Shown here one piece after another: positions 58,010 to 64,000 of a stretch of 64,000 nucleotides of DNA. The stretch spans positions 124,001-188,000 of the forward strand of contig NIVC01000206.1 in NCBI GenBank assembly GCA_002269645.1, read 5' to 3'. Within the stretch, counting starts at the first letter, position 1, and every line of letters starts with the position of its first letter. The translations under genes were made by a program, and so were the position numbers. Below the pieces are notes generated by a model. The model ran no database searches and was not told where the DNA came from. It saw nothing but the letters and a program-made list of their open reading frames with translations. The DNA is from Macrostomum lignano (lineage: Eukaryota).

Positions 58010-59160
58010 ATGGGATTTTTTAGATTCTAGATGGGGATTTTTTATTTTGGGATATTTCTGGTTTAACTCGAAATGGGGATTTCTGGACATTTTTGGATGT
58101 TTCTGGGGTGAATTCGAGATGGGGATTTCTGGACATTTTGGGATATTTCTGGGGTGAATTCGAGATGGGGATTTCTGGACATTTTGGGATATTTCTGGGG
58201 TGAATTCAAGATGGGGATTTCTGGACATTTTGGGATATTTCTGGGGTGAATTCGAGATGGGGATTTCTGGACATTTTGGGATATTTCTGGGGTGAATTCG
58301 AAATAGGTATTTCTGGACATTTTGGGATATTTCTGGTGTGAATTCGAGATGGGGATTTCTGGACATTTGGGATATTTCTGGGGTGAATTCGAGATGGGGA
58401 TTTCTGGACATTTTAGAATATTTCTGGAGTGAATTCGAGATGGGGATTTCTGGACATTTTGGGATATTTCTGGGGTGAATTCAAGATGGGGATTTCTGGA
58501 CATTTTGGGATATTTCTGGGGTGAATTCGAAATAGGCATTTCTGGACATTTTGGGATATTTCTGGTGTGAATTCGAGATGGGGATTTCTGGACATTTGGG
58601 ATATTTCTGGGGTGAATTCAAGATGGGGATTTCTGGACATTTTGGGATATTTCTGGGGTGAATTCAAGATGGGGATTTCTGGACATTTTGGGATATTTCT
58701 GGGGTGAATTCAAGATGGGGATTTCTGGACATTTTGGGATATTTCTGGGGTGAATTCAAGATGGGGATTTCTGGACATTTTGGGATATTTCTGGGGTGAA
58801 TTCAAGATGGGGATTTCTGGACATTTTGGGATATTTCTGGGGTGAATTCAAGATGGGGATTTCTGGACATTTTGGGATATTTCTGGGGTGAATTCAAGAT
58901 GGGGATTTCTGGACATTTTAGGATATTTCTGGGTGAATTCGAGATGGGGATTTCTGGACATTTTGGGATATTTCTGGGGTGAATTCGAGATGGGGATTTC
59001 TGGACATTTTGGAATATTTCTGGGGTGAATTCAAGATGGGGATTTCTGGACATTTTGGGATATTTCTGGGGTGAATTCGAAATAGGTATTTCTGGACATT
59101 TTGGGATATTTCTGGGGTGAATTCGAGATGGGGATTTCTGGACATTTTGAGATATTTCTA
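58010..59160. repeat. About 46-bp tandem repeat (TTCTGGACATTTTGGGATATTTCTGGGGTGAATTCGAGATGGGGAT)n
   Basis: Fills SERCA intron 2. Confidence 0.95.
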
Positions 59161-59367
<207 letters not shown>

Positions 59368-59408
59368 TCATCTTTTTTCAAGTCTAATGCCGATGGGGGG
59401 TCGCTCAC

Positions 59409-59526
59409 CATTTCTGCCATATTTTTCCGTGTGCCGTTTCACCTGATCGTCCGTCAGGCCGACCTCTTCAGATACGTTGAAATACTCTAAGCACTGATTG
59501 ATTGTCTTGCAGAATGAATTGTCCAT
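59409..59526 (-). CDS. SERCA: SERCA exon 1 (sarco/endoplasmic reticulum Ca2+-ATPase, P2A)
   Basis: [39 protein letters not shown]; 118 coding nt; donor GTGAGC. Confidence 0.95.
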
Positions 59527-61019
59527 GCCGTTATGGGGAATAATTATTAAATCTAGAAATTATGACAGTGAGATTAAAATATATAGTTTGTTAGAACAAA
59601 TATTCAGATGCAGAATTACTATTCATTAAAATAGTGCTAGGATTTTTGCTGGGAGAGTTAACTACGGAAGAAAAGGACTGCAAGAAATGTATGGCAAGAC
59701 GACAGCGCCTCTTTTTATACCCATAGCTCTTGTACCTTCCCAAAGCCTCTGGCAACCTTTCTGCACTGTCCCCATAGCGCTCCAATTGGTCAGTTGTAAA
59801 GGAAGGGAAGAAGGCGCATGAACTTTGGTCGATATCTGCAGATAGAACCTTTCGAGACTTTGCCAAGGACTACTTAATCGTGCCCACTGGAGTGCAGTCG
59901 ACTTCAAAAAAGAACCCTTTTGCATACAATTTTATGCTTCCTGTCAAAATTTTAATCTAAAAATAAACTTCACTTTTTAATGTTCCTAGATGGGCCACTC
60001 AGATTCTTAGTAAAACAGCTTTCTACTCTCCATTCAGTAGCAAAGAAGAATAGATAAGCTATTTTATAAAAATAAAGGCAGCTGAAATGACTTCGATAAG
60101 TTAGAAGCCTAAGCTTGCAGGCGCGTAAACAGCTTGCTAATTGGTTCAGCAATAATGTACATTGGCCAGTCCACTGAAATGTACATGGCAGCTTTAGGCT
60201 GGAATTCCGAGAAAGGCAATAAAAATTGGGGCGGGGGAGGGGGGGTAGTGTGGAAAGGGCGCGGTTGGAGGGTTTAAGCTGGGCTGGGGGGGAGGGGTAA
60301 GAGCCTTGGCTTTAAAAATACATTAAAATGCTTCTGTTTCACTTACTACTGAATTGAAAGTAGCTTACAGGCAAATGTGCTGAGTGGCCCATCTAGTCAT
60401 TCTAGGTATCTGTGGTTTCTATTAAAAATTTATTTAGTTAAAGAAAGCATTGCTCCAGACAACTTGCTACAGAATGCCATGGCGAGGGCAGAGAGAATGA
60501 AAGTCAAGGAAAAGAAAGCATATAGTTGGCTATAACTGGCTGGAAGCTTTTGCTTCAAGGAATTTCCTAGGGGCGTGGAGAATACGAGGACAAATAGAAA
60601 ATAAACAAGGAGAAGCGGCACTGGGACGGACAGGAATGAAAATGACGAATGGTCGGGAAAAAGGTCGAGGTCCGACGAGCTACCAGATTGCCAGGTAACC
60701 CCCAATCAAGCGCTGTCGAAAGCCGCATAAAGCCCCCCCCCCCCTGCAAACCTTCTACGCATAAATGATCTATTTACCAGAAATTACGACAATCATAACT
60801 TGTTAAATGGAGGCTGGGCACAGTAAAATTGCATTAAGTCCTTGATTCTATCTGAGGTTGATGCTAAATTTATCTGTCTGCCTTGGCCTCTGTGGGGGAT
60901 TCATAAACGCTCCTAAGCTGAGGAATAGAGTTAAAAAGAATGCATTTCTAGGATAATTTTGCCCTTATATCATAAGTTCCTATAGGATTCGATATAGGGC
61001 CGACAGAACAGGATTAATG

Positions 61020-63075
61020 TTGTGATAGAGCACGGATTTATGCATTGATAAAGCACGGATTGATGAGTTCATAGAACACGGATTGGTGAGTTGATAGAAC
61101 ACGGATTGGTGAGTTGATAGAACACGGATTGATGAGTTGATAGAACACGTATTGATAAGTTGATAGAACACGGATTGATGAGTTGATAGCACACGGATTG
61201 GTGAGTTGATAGAACACGGATTGGTGAGTTGATAGAACACGGATTGATGAGTTGATAGCACACGGATTGATGAGTTGATAGAACACGGATTGATAAGTTG
61301 ATAGAACACGGATTGGTGAGTTGATAGCACACGGATTGATGAGTTGATAGAACACGGATTGATGAGTTAATAGAACACGGATTGATAAGTTGATAGAACA
61401 CGGATTGATGAGTTGATGGAACACGGATTGATGAGTTGATAGAACACGGATTGATGAGTTGATAGCACACGGATTGATGAGTTGATAGAACACGGATTGA
61501 TAAGTTGATGGAACACGTATTGATAAGTTGATAGAACACGGATTGATGAGTTGATAGCACACGGATTGATGAGTTGATAGAACACGGATTGATGAGTTGA
61601 TAGAACACGGATTGGTGAGTTGATAGAACACGGATTGATGAGTTGATAGAACACGGATTGATGAGTTGATAGAACACGGATTGGTGAGTTGATAGAACAC
61701 GGATTGGTGAGTTGATAGAACACGGATTGGTGAGTTGATAGCACACGGATTGATAAGTTGATAGAACACGGATTGATGAGTTGATAGAACACGGATTGAT
61801 GAGTTGATAGCACACGGATTGGTGAGTTGATAGAACACGGATTGATGAGTTGATAGAACACGGATTGATGAGTTGATAGAACACGGATTGGTGAGTTGAT
61901 AGAACACGGATTGGTGAGTTGATAGAACACGGATTGATAAGTTGATAGAACACGGATTGATGAGTTGATAGAACACGGATTGGTGAGTTGATAGAACACG
62001 GATTGATGAGTTGATACAACACGGATTGATGAGTTGATAGAACACGGATTGATGAGTTGATAGCACACGGATTGGTGAGTTGATAGAACAGTGAACACGG
62101 ATTGATGAGTTGATACAACACGGATTGATGAGTTGATAGAACACGGATTGGTGAGTTGATAGAACACGGATTGGTGAGTTGATAGAACACGGATTGATGA
62201 GTTGATAGAACACGGATTGATGAGTTGATAGAACACGGATTGGTGAGTTGATAGAACACGGATTGATGAGTTGATAGCACACGGATTGGTGAGTTGATAG
62301 AACACGGATTGATGAGTTGATAGAACACAGATTGATGAGTTGATAGCACACGGATTGGTGAGTTGATAGCACATGGATTGATGAGTTGATAGAACACGGA
62401 TTGATGAGTTGATAGAACACGGATTGGTGAGTTGATAGAACAGTGAACACGGATTGATGAGTTGATAGAACACGGATTGATGAGTTGATAGCACACGGAT
62501 TGATGAGTTGATAGAACACGGATTGATGAGTTGATAGCACATGGATGATAAGTTGATAGAACACGGATTGGTGAGTTGATAGCACATGGATGATAAGTTG
62601 ATAGAACACGGATTGATGAGTTGATAGCACACGGATTGATGAGTTGATAGAACACGGATTGATGAGTTGATAGAACACGGATTGATGAGTTGATAGCACA
62701 CGGATTGGTGAGTTGATAGAACACGGATTGGTGAGTTCATAGAACACAGATTGGTGAGTTGATAGAACACGGATTGGTGAGTTGATAGAACACGGATTGG
62801 TGAGTTGATAGAACACGGATTGGTGAGTTGATAGAACACGGATTGGTGAGTTGATAGAACACGGATTGGTGAGTTGATAGCACATGGATTGATAAGTTGA
62901 TAGAACATGGATTGATGCAATGATAGAGCACGGATTGGTGAGTTGATAGCACATGGATTGATAAGTTAATAGAACATGGATTGATAAGTTGATATAGCAC
63001 GGATTGATGAGTTGATGTAGTAGCACGGATTTATGAGTTGATGCAGCACGGATTAAGCAGGTGGCCTGATATAGC
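61020..63075. repeat. 23-bp tandem repeat (GAGTTGATAGAACACGGATTGAT)n, about 2 kb
   Basis: Direct reading; source of the spurious 500-680 aa ORFs. Confidence 0.97.
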
Positions 63076-64000
63076 ACAGATTAGCGAGCTCGTAAGCACA
63101 CGGTTTGATAATTTAATCAAGAGTATTGTTACTTACTACAAGTAGGCCCTATTGATTGTGAAAAGCAGATTTATCTGGCAAATCAAAAAGGGCAAAAAAG
63201 AAGTCTAAATCCTGTAAAACAGCAAAAAAAAATTGAGTTATTTTCGAGCATAAAATGCAAACAAACGGTGCGCAGCCTTTATATAGTTAAAATATTTATT
63301 AAACATAATTTTTTAAACAAAAAACTGAACAAAATGAAGCGCACGCAAACAGGGCAGAACACGGGAGAATAGCAGAGACAACTGAGTGACAGTGAAAACT
63401 TTTGTGTTTAAAAAAACAAACGGGCAGAATTGAAGAGAATTTGATCACCAGATCAAGAGAGTGCTTATGCACACATAATTAACAAGGAAACGTAATAAAA
63501 ATTACAAGTGAGCACAGTTTAATTACACAGACATGGGCCGGCGTCGATTGCGATAAAAATATTAGTAGATATTAACCGAAATGTGTTTGATAACTGTGCA
63601 GCTATTCTTTATCGATTTTAATAGTTCTAAAATTAACCGAAACCCCTTTTGTCCTAATGCTTAATCCTCCTACACAAAACAGGCTGCATTTACTATTTGA
63701 AGTAGGCATTTAAATGTGACAGCATGCAACATGTCACCAAAATTAACTGTAATGATAGAAGTGGGCAATTTAAAAAATATATATGCACGAATGCGCTACG
63801 GTAAAAAAGCTAAATTTGAAACGTACTAAAAGTTGACATAATTAAGTTAATAAGATTTCGAATTCCACTGCGTGACAAATACAAGTTATGATTATTCTTA
63901 CATGTATCTGCACTGCTCACAAAAAACCAAAACGGCTGCACCAAAAGTAACTAACAGGTGCAAACTTGAAGAGCAAGCAAAGAAGTGTTTTTTTATTTTG

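Noticed and set aside
59437-59471. Hammerhead-like CTGAAGA...GAAA on the minus strand
   Set aside because: Lies in SERCA exon 1 coding sequence, and stem II does not close next to the core. Other CTGATGA hits (19391, 22052, 26335, 28669) also lack a proper stem II plus GAAA.
60980-63077. 500-680 aa ORFs
   Set aside because: A 23-bp satellite lacking stops on one strand; the same peptide appears in all frames.

Overview
Eukaryotic (animal) genomic DNA, not prokaryotic. It has GT-AG introns, GC-rich coding exons and introns filled with many different micro- and minisatellites. The style suggests a repeat-rich invertebrate such as a free-living flatworm (Macrostomum-like); this is inference only. 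Five protein-coding genes can be built by hand. (1) An intronless secreted C-type lectin + PAN/apple-like gene (1232-2011, -). (2) An intronless secreted PAN/apple-like + LamG-like gene (7656-8561, +). (3) A 3-exon clarin-family tetraspan gene (14105-15705, +). (4) A signal peptide + about 3 Ig-like domains + TM cell-surface protein gene (36329 down to about 22388, -). (5) A complete SERCA-type P2A Ca2+-ATPase gene (59526 down to about 43078, -, about 1000 aa). Mobile DNA: a young 5'-truncated RTE-like LINE with an 8-bp TSD nested in a TIR element, a mariner relic, a Helitron helicase relic, a foldback-like element and a 174-bp retroposed insert. Most long ORFs in the supplied track are artefacts of tandem repeats. 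Best leads: (a) a tandemly duplicated, same-length, same-phase SERCA exon pair that looks mutually exclusive and covers the L7-8 lumenal loop and the Ca2+-binding helix M8; (b) a mariner relic whose inferred substitutions are nearly all C>T/G>A, inside sharply bounded CpG-free domains; (c) (TCTG)n arrays sitting on the sense strand just upstream of 3' splice sites. All coordinates were read by eye; repeat boundaries are approximate.
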